A stretch of DNA of 64,000 nucleotides from NCBI GenBank assembly GCA_950097015.1, contig CATNEN010000038.1:34844001-34908000 (forward strand). Direction: 5' to 3'. The translations under genes and the position numbers were made by a program. This stretch comes from Macrostomum hystrix. Taxonomy: Eukaryota > Animalia > Platyhelminthes. This document shows, one piece after another, positions 24,890-36,200 of the stretch (position 1 is the stretch's first letter; each line of letters begins with the position of its first letter). The notes under the pieces are model-generated. The model worked only from the letters and a program-made list of their open reading frames with translations, was not told where the DNA came from and did no database searches.

Positions 24890-25869
24890 TCAATGCAGGT
24901 CCGGCTGACGAGTGCGCGACTCGCGATCGTCATTCCGCACGAATTCAATCATAGCGCGTGACACCTCGTTGTCATAGCGACTAGGCAGTGGCTTGGCTCC
25001 GGTTAGCCAATAATAAATGTCCCAATCATTTGAAGGCTCGTTGATTAAAGCATCGTACATGTCTAACTGACTTGCAGACATGCTAGCCAAGTGTCGATCT
25101 GCGAAGCAGCTTAAAAGTAGGCCGTTTTCAAGCATGCCTCGCTTCCTGCTCTGATAGAGAAGCCGCTGACGCTGCTGTTCAACAGACTCCGGCTGCAGCT
25201 GCTGCTGCTGTTGCTTTTTGCGACGCAGTGGAATCGGCGGCGACCTATATGCGAAATATAGTGTGAAAACACGTTAATTGAATGAAGATGGCACATGAAT
25301 GGGCGCAGGATGGGGTGAAGATGGCACATGATGGGGTGAAGATGGCGCAGGATGGGGTGAAGATGGCACATGATGGGGTGAAGATACAGGAGTCTGACTA
25401 ACCTGGCGAACTCGGCCAGTTCTTGAAACACGCTCAGCCCAGCCAGCTGCGGTGGCGGAGGCGTGAGCACGCCGTGAGCATAGGCCAGCAGGTCCTCGTC
25501 AGGCAGTCGAAGTCGCAATAATTTGTCGAACTCGTCAGCTTCCAAGGCCGTCATGTCGTACAGGCGATCGTCGGCAAAGGCGTGCAGGAGGCCGGCGCAG
25601 TCGGGCAGTTGACGCTGGCGACTCTGGAACAGCAGGCGAGCCTTCTTATCTGGCAGGCTCTCCAGACCGGACGGCTCCGGATGCACTGGCTGTGGTGGCT
25701 CAATGCTGGCGTCCTTGCCTAGCGGCGGGTCGAAGTAGCGCGACCAATAGGTGGACGGCCGGCTCATCACAGGCTGCAGAATTGGCCGACGAAGCAGCGA
25801 GGCGGCTAGGCCGCCACAGCGAATCACGTGCCGACTGAATGGCAACTGAAACAGGTGGGAGAAAATCAT
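24890..25869 (-). CDS. SDHAF2: Succinate dehydrogenase assembly factor 2 with two tandem Sdh5 domains (2 exons)
   Basis: Exons 25869 (or the acceptor at 25845)..25403 and 25244..24890, joined by a phase-2 GT-AG intron. Exon 2 encodes [18 protein letters not shown]...[14 protein letters not shown]...RQPDL. Exon 1 has a presequence-like N-terminus and a degenerate copy of the same domain. Confidence 0.9.
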
Positions 25870-25875
25870 TCAAGT

Positions 25876-26465
25876 GAGGATGGGGTGGATAGAGGAGGAT
25901 GGGGTGGATAGAGGCTGGGGTGGATAGAGGATGGGGTGGATAGAATATGGGGTGGACAGAGGCTGGGGTGGATAGAGGCTGGGGTGGATAGAGGATAGGG
26001 TGGATAGAATATGGGGTGGATAGAGGATGGGGTGGATAGAGGATGGGTGGATAGAGGATGGGGTGGACAGAGGCTGGGGTTGATAGAGGATGGGGTTGAT
26101 AGAGGATGGGGTGGATAGAGGCTGGGGTGGATAGAGGATGGGGTGGACAGAGGCTGGGGTTGATAGAGGCTGGGGTGGATAGAGGATAGGGTGGATAGAG
26201 GCTGGGGTGGATAGAGGATGGGGTGGATAGAGGATGGGGTGGATAGAGGCTGGGGTGGATAGAGGATAGGGTGGATAGAGGATGGGGTGGATAGAGGCTG
26301 GGGTGGACAGAGGCTGGGGTTGATAGAGGCTGGGGTGGACAGAGGCTGGGGTTGATAGAGGCTGGGGTGGATAGAGGCTGGGTGGATAGAGGATGGGGTG
26401 GATAGAGGCTGGGGTGGATAGAGGATGGGTGGATAGAGGCTGGGGTGGATAGAGGATGGGGTAGA
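25876..26465. repeat. 16-bp G-rich minisatellite (GGGGTGGATAGAGG[A/C]T)n
   Basis: Tandem array abutting the SDHAF2 5' end; degenerate units also at about 26925-27020. Confidence 0.95.
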
Positions 26466-27214
26466 TTAAGCGGTAAACAGTGGACTGCTTTATCCCCACA
26501 ATTGCTATTCAACGACTCTTTGAGCATGAAAAAAAATTGACAAATTAGAAAAAGTTAGTTTTCAACTAACAATTTGAAGCTAAACGAAATCTACGATCAT
26601 CTTATGTATTTATTCACTAGATAAAATGAACTTATGTAGCAATTGTACATAAACAGTTGATTATTAGTAATCAGGCAGACAACTAAATAATGAAGATACA
26701 TTTCTAATGTAGTTTTCCTGCATAGTGACGAGTACTATACTTCGTATAAGATAGTATTCGTTAATTATTAGCTGTGCAGGCAGTGCATATTTATGTTCGC
26801 AGTAAAATGTAGTCATGAAAGACTTTTGTAACGGCTTGACACAATTTCTGTGATCACGTGGATTGTAAAAATTGACAACTAGCCCAGTTAAGCGAAATGT
26901 TCTGCCAGGGGCACAGCCATAGTTGAGGATGAGGTGGAGGGATGATGATGGGGTGGATAAAGAAGGATGGGGAGGATAGAGGAGGATGGGGTGGATAGAG
27001 TTGGATAGGGTAGATGGGTAGACTTCTTGCTCATGGACAGACATTGTTTTTACTTAGGCTGAGATTTGAATTCCAGATCCCTCGTCCTCGGTTAGAAATC
27101 TTAAAGCTATTTTCAACTACTCTACATAACCACGTGAACCCAGACGTCGAATAATTGATTATTAAAACATATGCTATTGTAGTGACATTTCAAACACGCT
27201 TGACTGTTGCAGGT

Positions 27215-30200
27215 TCACTTGTGCCCAGAAGCAGCAGCAGCAGCAGCAGAAGCAGCAGCAGATTGTTCATTGTCGCCAGTTCTCGCCGGCAAGCAGCCAA
27301 GCTGAGCCAGCTGATTGCGCAGTTTGGCATCAATATCAGCGCAGCTGCGCTGAAGGACGTGCAGGCCCGTGACAGTCAGCACTAGCAGCTCGCGTACCCC
27401 GTCGCCAGTGACGTCTGCCTGAGCTACGCACTGCACTGGCGTGTTGAACAGCCGCTCGAAGATGAGGGTGTACTCGCCTGGATTGAGAGGCCGGGTAGGA
27501 TATGGGAGAAGGGGATAATAATAATAGTAATTGCGGGAGTGCTGCGGGAAATGGCACATAATTTGGTGACACTAGACCCGCAGACAGCGAGGACGCAGTT
27601 CTGCCCATTTCGCTGACTCCTGAGCACACTGTCCTGTCCTGACTTTCTTATCGTCAGGCAGTGTACACTCTCACTGTGCCTTGGAGGTTGGCCCTCATGG
27701 GCGTAAATTGCACGACAAGCCCCCAAGCCTTCTCTCCGCGGCTGCGCCCCAAATAAATGTGGCCTCGCCGCGGAATCGAGCTCAGGGACCGTGGTGCGAG
27801 AGGCAAATGCGTAAACCGCTCTGCCACTCGCCCCCCTAAGGAGATAGTCATAAAGATCATTATGAGGATGGCCATAGCGATCATTATAAGAATGGTGGAA
27901 GAGAGGGATCAAACATGTTACACATCAATGACAGGATAATATGTGAGATATGACCAATCAGGATAATATGAGGATAATATGTGAGCTATGACCAATCAGG
28001 ATAATATGTGAGCTATGACCAATCAGGATAATATGTGAGCTATATTCTCTCGTCAACCCATCAGCAACTCACCAGTGTCAGGCTGCTTCTTATAAATTCG
28101 TATTCTCTGACAGAAGCTGCCAACAACAATTTCGTCTTCGCCATCCTCGTCAACGTCTAGCGGGCACAGGAAGGCCGGACAGTCTAGTTCGCTGGTGCCA
28201 GGCAAGGCGACTTGTTGCCGGGGCTGACCACCTGCCGAGAACAGGTCGGTGAATAGCATGACAGGCTCTGTGATGGCCGACACTAGCAGGCCTAGTTGCG
28301 GATCGCGCCAGTCGCGATTCTTAGCCGAAGTCGACCAGCAATTTGTCGACGACAGAGTTGACCCGGGAGTTGGCCAGAGCAGGCGGCAGTTGAGAATGCT
28401 GACATCGTATTCCAGACTGCAGCTGGCCAGAATGTCCAGGCTGCACAGGTCGATGGCGCAGACCCGCAGGTTGCCGGTGTCGGTGCCCCAGGCACTCAAA
28501 CGGACTGCGCCGGAGTTGGCTAGAGCGAACTGCGCCTGGAAGACGCTGCGGAGTCAATTTATTAGGAAAGCTTTTGAGAACAAATTATAGGCTTCGAACT
28601 ATAACTATAACTACTTTAAACTCGCTTAAAATCCCGAAGATTGGGATAACGACAGCTTAAATCCCTAAGATTGGGATAACAACTATTTTAATCCCACTTT
28701 AAATCCTCAAGATTGGGATAACAACTATTTTAATCCCGCTTAAAATCTCTAAGATTGGGATTACGACAGCTAAAATCCCTAAGATTAGGATAACGACAGC
28801 TTAAATCCCTAAGATTGGGATAACAACTATTTTAATCCCACTTTAAATCCTCAAGATTGGGATAACAACTATTTTAATCCCGCTTAAAATCCCTAAGATT
28901 GTCATAACGACAGTATAAATCCCTAAGATTTGGATAACAAATGTTTAAATCCCGCTTTAAATGCCCAAAATAGGGATAACGACAGTTTAAATCCTCATAT
29001 TTGGATAATAGCTGTTTAAGTCCCACTTTAAATCCTTAAGATTGGGATAATAACTATTTTAATTCTGCTTTAAATCCCCAAGATTTGGAAATTATTTTTC
29101 CCTTTACTGCATGAAACCCCTAAGACTTTGGCAACTACTATTCGCGACTTACACTAAATAATTTTCCTAGAATTGGAACAACAGCGTGAAAGGATTTAAA
29201 CCTGAAAAAAATATCTTTCGATTGGAAATCAACAGGTCAAAACGCCAATTGTAAAGTACTCACTTTTTCACTTGGTGCTCAATTTCTGGAAAGTACTGTT
29301 GCCTTAAGTTCTCCTTCTCGTGCTGCAATGCAAAAAAGAGGTGGCACCAGACATGAAAAATACGTATTGAGAATTACGTAATTTTTAGGCAAAAAATCAC
29401 AAAAACTGATGCCATATCAGATTTTACTACTCATAACAGTAGCTAAATTGCGAATGTCTTGTTCTTGAGATGCGTCTGTTGATTCGCAATAAAAAAGCTG
29501 GAGAGATTGCTGGTTTAGCTTCATCAGCTTACCTAAAGCGCACATAGCAAAGCGAAAATCACAGAAAACTGATGGATGTTTGTTTTGTTTCATTTGTAAC
29601 AACGTAAAAATCAATAATAGGGTAGGTAGTGTAATTGAGATTTTAGCATAGTTGTTTACACTTGTTACCTTGACACTATTTGGCTGAAATATTTATAAAA
29701 ATGAAGATAGTTAAATAGAAAGCACAGATTTAAGAAAATAATGTTTAATCTCTAATGTCCCTCAACAACGTAAAACATGGGATAGGCGAAAAACTACCCC
29801 ACTAAATCTGTTAAACTTCTTATTCGTAGATCTTTTAAACAAAACACGGGTCGCTTATTACCTGATTGAGAGAGAACACTTCGCAGTCGCAGCCTTTGTC
29901 GTGACGAGATTTTTCGAAGCAGAAGCAGACAAACACGTCCTCCAGCTTGCTTTCGTGTAGCCGGTAGATTCTGAAAAGTTTTAGGAAACGCTATGCTTGT
30001 GCTGATTCTCGCAAACATTTGATTTATAGGGCAGTCAGTTTTAGTCCCCATAAAATTATCGAGGGGATATTCTTTGTTAAAAAAACAGAATAAAGACTTT
30101 GCGAGCATAACTGGCATGTGATTATATCCAAAATGTGGCGCCTAAATTCATTCGCCTACTCGACATTGAATGTACAATCGCACTCGCCACAACAAAACCC

Positions 30201-31529
30201 TTTAAAACAACCGCCACATCCCTCATATCGTTATAAGTCAAGCAACAGAGTTCCATAAGTGAAGTTTTCTCACTTAGTGTGGGTGAGTAATGACGGCATA
30301 TATTGCAGGCTGTGCTTGAATAGATAAACCAGCTCCAATTTCTTATTCTCGGTCGAGCGGACTAGCTCAAATAATGCGAAGCCGTAGGACACCGACTCTG
30401 TATTATCAGGCTTCCTGGTTGTCTGTAGTTTAAAAAATATTAGTAACATTTTTTCAATAGGTATGCATGATAACACAACTATCTCGAAGGCATAAATACA
30501 AACCTTGGAAAATGTGAGGCCGACAAAAGTCTTGCCGTTCGCTTGCAGCGAGTCAATAGCACAGATTTCCACATTAAAAGTGGCAGATTCGTCTGGGGTG
30601 AAAACGAAAATATGGATCAGAGTTTAAGTTATTAGAGTTACTTTCAGAATGTTTAACCACATTACTAATCCACTGCACAAACACTCACAACCAATTCCCC
30701 TGACCCAGATGTATTCACACACACTCACAACCAATTAATTGATCTAGCACCAATGTACACACTCACAACCAATTAATTGATCTAGCACCAATGTACACAC
30801 TCACAACCAATTAATTGATCTAGCACCAATGTACACACTCACAACCAATTAATTGATCTAGCACCAATGTACACACTCACAACCAATTAATTGATCTAGC
30901 ACCAATGTACACACTCACAACCAATTAATTGATCTAGCACCAATGTACACACTCACAACCAATTAATTGATCTAGCACCAATGTACACACTCACAACCAA
31001 TTAATTGATCTAGCACCAATGTACACACTCACAACCAATTAATTGATCTAGCACCAATGTACACACTCACAACCAATTAATTGATCTAGCACCAATGTAC
31101 ACACTCACAACCAATTAATTGATCTAGCACCAATGTACACACTCACAACCAATTAATTGATCTAGCAACAGTCTACACATTCAAACAAGCGATTCCTCCG
31201 AACAATTATTAACACTTGGATCACAAAAACACCAAGTACAGTAACAGATGTAGCCGATTACCAAACAGCTTCTTTTTAACGTGAAATTTGGACTTCCAAT
31301 CAAGCAGGCTGTACCGGCTGACAACTAGAGGACTGCGGCGACGCCGGTTGTCAAGATCAACAAATCGCAGAGCATAGACGGTGCAGCCAGCAATGGCCAC
31401 AAGGCAGACGGCCCGATCAGCGTTAGGGCCGAGCGGTTCTGAGCCAGCAGCGTCCGGTTCAATGAGACACAGGCTGTAGGCATTGCCAGCGCTGTCTAAC
31501 GGCGAGAACTGCAGCTCATTGTAGTGCAT
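27215..31529 (-). CDS. KPTN: Kaptin (KICSTOR subunit), 7 exons, about 469 aa
   Basis: Exons 31529-31262, 30592-30504, 30422-30274, 29970-29862, 29322-29264, 28545-28073, 27477-27215; all GT-AG with consistent phases (total 1410 nt). Kaptin-like motifs EICAID..FVGLTFSK, YFPEI, RLSAWG..GNLRV, LDVDEDGEDEIVVGSFCQ, DVTGDGVRELLVLTVTGLHVLQ. Confidence 0.85.
27516..27836 (-). mobile_element. tRNA-derived SINE family 1
   Basis: A box GTGGCAGAGCGG, B-box-like GAGCTCGATTCC and an (ATT)n tail; homologous copies near 33.5, 38.6 and 62.7 kb. Confidence 0.8.
28625..29090. repeat. Intronic minisatellite, about 30-40 bp (AAGATTGGGATAAC...AAATCCC)
   Basis: Degenerate tandem array in KPTN intron 5. Confidence 0.85.
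30721..31166. repeat. 38-bp perfect minisatellite (ACACTCACAACCAATTAATTGATCTAGCACCAATGTAC)n
   Basis: About 12 identical units in KPTN intron 1, with no spacers. Confidence 0.95.
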
Positions 31530-31689
31530 GCTAGTTGGTACAATTTCACCGACCCGATATTGCAAATAAGGCACAGAAAGCTGGACCTCTGCAAGTTATT
31601 ATCAGGCAAATCATTGATAGCTTAGACATTGTGGGAACAAGTCTAGTCACATAAAATAGGACAAGCAAAATGTCATTTATGATGGCAGA

Positions 31690-31975
31690 TGCGAAATCTC
31701 ACTCATGAAATATGAGATAGAAATCATATTCTTAGAATCGGAGACACTGAAATCTCATTCTTGGAATAGGAGAGGCCGAAATCTCATTCTTAGAATAGAA
31801 CACACTGAAATCTCATTCTTGGAATAGGAGAGGCCGAAATCTCATTCTTAGAATACAGGAGACGAAATCTCATTCTTGGAAAAGGACACACTGAAATCTC
31901 ATTCTTGGAATAGGAGAGGCTGAAATCTCATTCTTAGAATGAAATCATTCTTAGAAAGAACGAAATCTCATTTTT
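31690..31975. repeat. About 29-bp minisatellite (GAAATCTCATTCTTGGAATAGG...)
   Basis: Degenerate tandem array upstream of KPTN. Confidence 0.8.
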
Positions 31976-32473
31976 TAAATAGAAGACACCTAAATGTATT
32001 TTTTGGAAAATAGAAGCACTTAAAAATAAAATTTTAACCTCCAAATTGATTTCAAGTGAAGCTAAAATAACAAGTAATTAGTTTTATTTATTTCGTTTCA
32101 GACGACAATTGTTTTAAGAGAATCAAAATCAATCAACAAGCGCAATTAAACGAAACCAATTTTCTGTCGATAAAGCAAAAACTATGTGTATCAACCAATT
32201 GCAAATAAAACAGAAATCTTTTTTCATCAAGAAAAATAACTCACATTTTCTTTTCTTTTCTTATCTTTGAAATGTAGTCAATTTTACAGTCATTAGTTAG
32301 TATTATCGAATAGAAGTAGGTAATTATTAAGCAAGAGATAAGAAAAAATCCAGATTACCAACATCAGATTACCATGTTATAGTAAAACATTGTAATATAA
32401 AATGTCATTACAAAGCTTGACAATAGAATGTATATTATAAGATTAGGATATAACAGTGGTCGTCTTGTCTATA

Positions 32474-32893
32474 CCCTGTAAAAAATTCGGCTGCTTCTTC
32501 GGCGGGTTTTTTGAGCAAAAATAGGAGCGGAATCTACCAAAACCCCCCCTATCTCGCAAGAGTTAAAGAAACCACCCAGGAAGCAGCCGATGTAACCGTA
32601 AATTGTGCGGAAACCGCCGAAGAATCACCCGAACCAGTGGCCCATGGGACAACCAGAGAATTATTTACGGGCGATTCCTCGTCGGTTTCTGAGCATGGAA
32701 TCTTCCGAACTGGAGGATTCTTTGGGTGATTCCATTTCGCCACCAAGAAGCACCGAGAAAACGCCCATTTGGGTAGATTCTAAGCATGGAATCATCCGAT
32801 TGGTATGTTTCCAGTGTTCGGCTGTTTCTTTTTCTGGAAACACCGCAGATTCCAACTGGAATCACCCAAAGAAACATCCCTATTTTTAGCGGG
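32474..32893 (+). mobile_element. CACTA/EnSpm-like non-autonomous element, copy 1
   Basis: TA|CCCTGTAAAAAA ... TTTTTAGCGGG|TA (2-bp duplication); second copy inverted at 61843..62263. Confidence 0.75.
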
Positions 32894-33271
32894 TAGAAAG
32901 CACCAAAAAATCTATTAATGCTTTATGTAGTGTGCAATAATATGATATTTATGAGAAAATGGAGGATTGTGCAATAATTTGTTTTGACGATTGGTCACAG
33001 CACATAATTAAAATGTATTTAATATTAAAAAACAGATTTTCACAACACCTTAGCAAAATACAAATGAATAATAAGCCATTTAAATGACAAAAAAGCATAC
33101 AAGATAGATTTAGATTATGAAGACAATTAACCAGATATTTTGTCTAATTCAATCAAATCTATATGGTTCTTTATTAGTATGAATCTATTAATTAGTAGGG
33201 TAATAGTACGAATATTGTAGCTTTTTAAGGACACAAAAATAGTAATGAAAGTATGAAATTAAACCAACTCA

Positions 33272-36200
33272 TTACTGCTGCTTCTTATGTTCCCGTTTTT
33301 CTACTTTCAGAGCCAGTTTTGGCCTGTCGACAAACTCGTAACCGTGTCGCAAAATGGCGTAGATTGACAAGACTAGCAGGCTGAGGAATAGCAGACAGTG
33401 CAGGGCCGTGTCTGTCCAGCGATCTGCAGGAGCGAATAATCATCATTGATTATAAAACTAAAGAAATAATAAAAAATAATAATGTTAATAATAATAATTG
33501 TTGTAATAGTAGTAGTAGTAGTAGTAGTAATAATAATAGACCCAAACTAGAACCGCAGCCAGCGAGGAGGCAATTACGCCAATTTCGCTGACTCCTGAGC
33601 ACACACGCACACAGGTACTGTCCAAAGGCACACGCACACATGGGCGTACATCTGCCCCGAATGTAGATGAATGTGGCCTCGCCGTGGAATCGAGCTCGGG
33701 ACCTTGATGCGAGAAGCAAACGCCATAGACCGCTCTGCCACTTACCCCCATAGTAGAAGTAGTGCAATAGCACGCTCGTAGTATCACGTATTATAACACA
33801 TGTTGGGTCGGTGGTGTAGGCGCCAAGTGGGCGCGCGTTCATTTAGCCGTGTTAGCTGTAGGCCCTGAGTTATATCGTAGTGTGCGTGGAGTTGCGAGCG
33901 ATTAATGTACATCTGCACCCATCGGCCGCACGTTGCATGTTCATCACCAAATATCAAATATAATCGATTGCTCAGAGCCTACTTCGCTTTAGGCTTTTTC
34001 GTCTACACAAATCATCTCTCGGCTCAGCACTCCTTACAGTGGCATCGCAAGCCGCCTACCGCGCGGTAAAAAAATTACAGCCAACTTTCTCTCACTGCCC
34101 CCGCCTGAGCCATTCGCAATATCAGCAGACCCACACAACGCGGGCAAGCGCTGGAATCAATGGGCGTCTCGTTTCGAAGACTTCATTGATGCATCAGGCA
34201 TCACCAACGAGAAGCAAAGATGCAAGCTACTGAGCTACACAGCTGGCAAGGAAATCGCCGACATCATCCGTGAAAACGCCGACCTGACAGCGAAAGCACA
34301 GGCCGGCGAACTCACCCTCTCGCATACGCTTGACGCTCTAAAGTCTCACTTCAATGCTCGAAAAAACGTAGTCTTCGCTAGATACCAGTTCCGCCTCAGC
34401 ACACAGGCAGCTGGAGAATCTATTGACGCATGGTACGCCAGATTGCGCACAGCTGCAGAGCCGTGTGAGTTCGAGAATCTCAAAGACTCCCTCATCAGGG
34501 ACCAGCTCGTGGCAACTTGCTCATCCGACAAGCTTCGCAGGCGGCTGCTCCAGGAAGCGAACATCAGCCTTGACGAGGCGCTACGGAAGGCTAGGGCGTT
34601 TGAGGCAGCCGATGAACAGGCCACCGAGATGGAGAAGTCGGAGACGCATGTGGCGAGCGTTGCCCATGGCGATAAGGTGAAACCTGACAGAAGAGGCGCA
34701 ACTCTGACGAGCAGCAGGTCCGGCGATCAGAAGCAGCTCACGTGTTACCGCTGCGGCGAGAAAGGCCACGCCACCTGTGACGCAGCCAAAGGTAAAATCT
34801 GCCGCAACTGCGGCAAACCCAACCATCTCGCTTTGGCCTGCCGCCAGCCTCGACAGATGCACAGCAACCGGACCCAGCAGCAGAGAATCAGCACTAATGC
34901 AGTCTTCAGTTCGGCTGACGGCTCCACGGAGGAAGATGTGTTTGCTCTGTACGACGGCGGCGACTACCCAGCCGACGTCTCGCTGTCCGTACAGGTGGCA
35001 AATCGACAACTGCCCATGATGATTGATAGCGGAGCCAGCTGTAGTATCATGAGTCTCAAAACCTTCAGGACTCTTAATCTACCGGACCTTCGTCCAACAA
35101 GAACAGAAGTCCGCGCCTACGGGGTACCGACACCTCTAAAGATTGCAGGGGTCGCCGAACTCCACATCAAAGTTGGAGCAGCCAAGACTACCGCGACATT
35201 TCACATCATGGACGGCGACGGCCTGACTATTCTGGGACGCCAGCCTGCATTCAAACTTGGAGTGCTGAAGATCCAGAGGCCACAGATCTCCGACGCGCAG
35301 GAAATTAGCGCAGTCTCTGACACGCCGTCACAGCAGTCAAACGATCCTCAACTCGACGCAATTCTGCACCGGCACAAAGAGGCATTCAACGGCATCGGCT
35401 GCATCAAGGGCGTAGAGGTCAAAGTCCAGCTATCCGAAAATGCCATTCCGGTATGCCAGGCGCCTTCCCGGGTAGCTGCTCACCTCAAAGAAGCCGTAGT
35501 TAACGAACTCCGGGCACTAGAGAAGCAGGACATTATTGAGGCCGTCAAAGGACCAAGCGCCTGGGTATCCCGTATGGTAGTAGTGCCCAAGACCGACGGG
35601 GGCGTCAGAATCTGCCAGGATCTCCGCGACCTCAACGCTTTCGTTATACCGGAGAAACAACAGATCCCCACGCTAGAAGAGATCACGGAGGAGATGGCCA
35701 ACGCTAAAATTTTCAGTGAACTAGACATCCGCAAGGCGTTCTACCAGATTCCAGTTCACGAAGACAGCCGCCACTACTTCACCTTCAGCACGCCTCTCGG
35801 ACTAATGCGACTTAAAAGACTTAGCATGGGGTTCACGAATGCCTCGGAGATTTTGCAACGGATCATGCTGGGCATCCTCAGCGACATTGAAGGCGTCCGG
35901 TGGGCGCACGATGACGTGGTGATCTACGCATCTGATTTAAAGCAACACCATAAGAGACTGGACGCGTGCCTTCAGCGCCTGCGTGAGTACGGCATCACCC
36001 TCAACAGGGACAAGTGCAGGTTCTCCCGACCGTCCATCGAGTTTCTCGGCATGCGCCTGACTGCTCGGGGCATGGAGCCAGCTGCTGAGAAAATTGAGGC
36101 CATGCAGAGCTTTCGGCAACCTGAAAACGTTTCCGACGTCCGCTCATTCCTCGGCACCGCGAACTTCTTGTCAAAATTCGTCCCAAACTTCGCTCACCTC

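Noticed and set aside
30721-31166. 38-bp repeats as a CRISPR array (likewise the 29-31-bp palindromic arrays)
   Set aside because: Units are contiguous with no unique spacers, there are no cas genes, and the context is eukaryotic introns.
32511-32889. Duplicated short ORFs, also at 61672..62361
   Set aside because: They lie inside two copies of a non-autonomous DNA element and show no protein motif.
34040-34056. Assigning a specific tRNA to the primer-binding site TGGCATCGCAAGCCG
   Set aside because: I could not match it confidently to a tRNA 3' end without a search.
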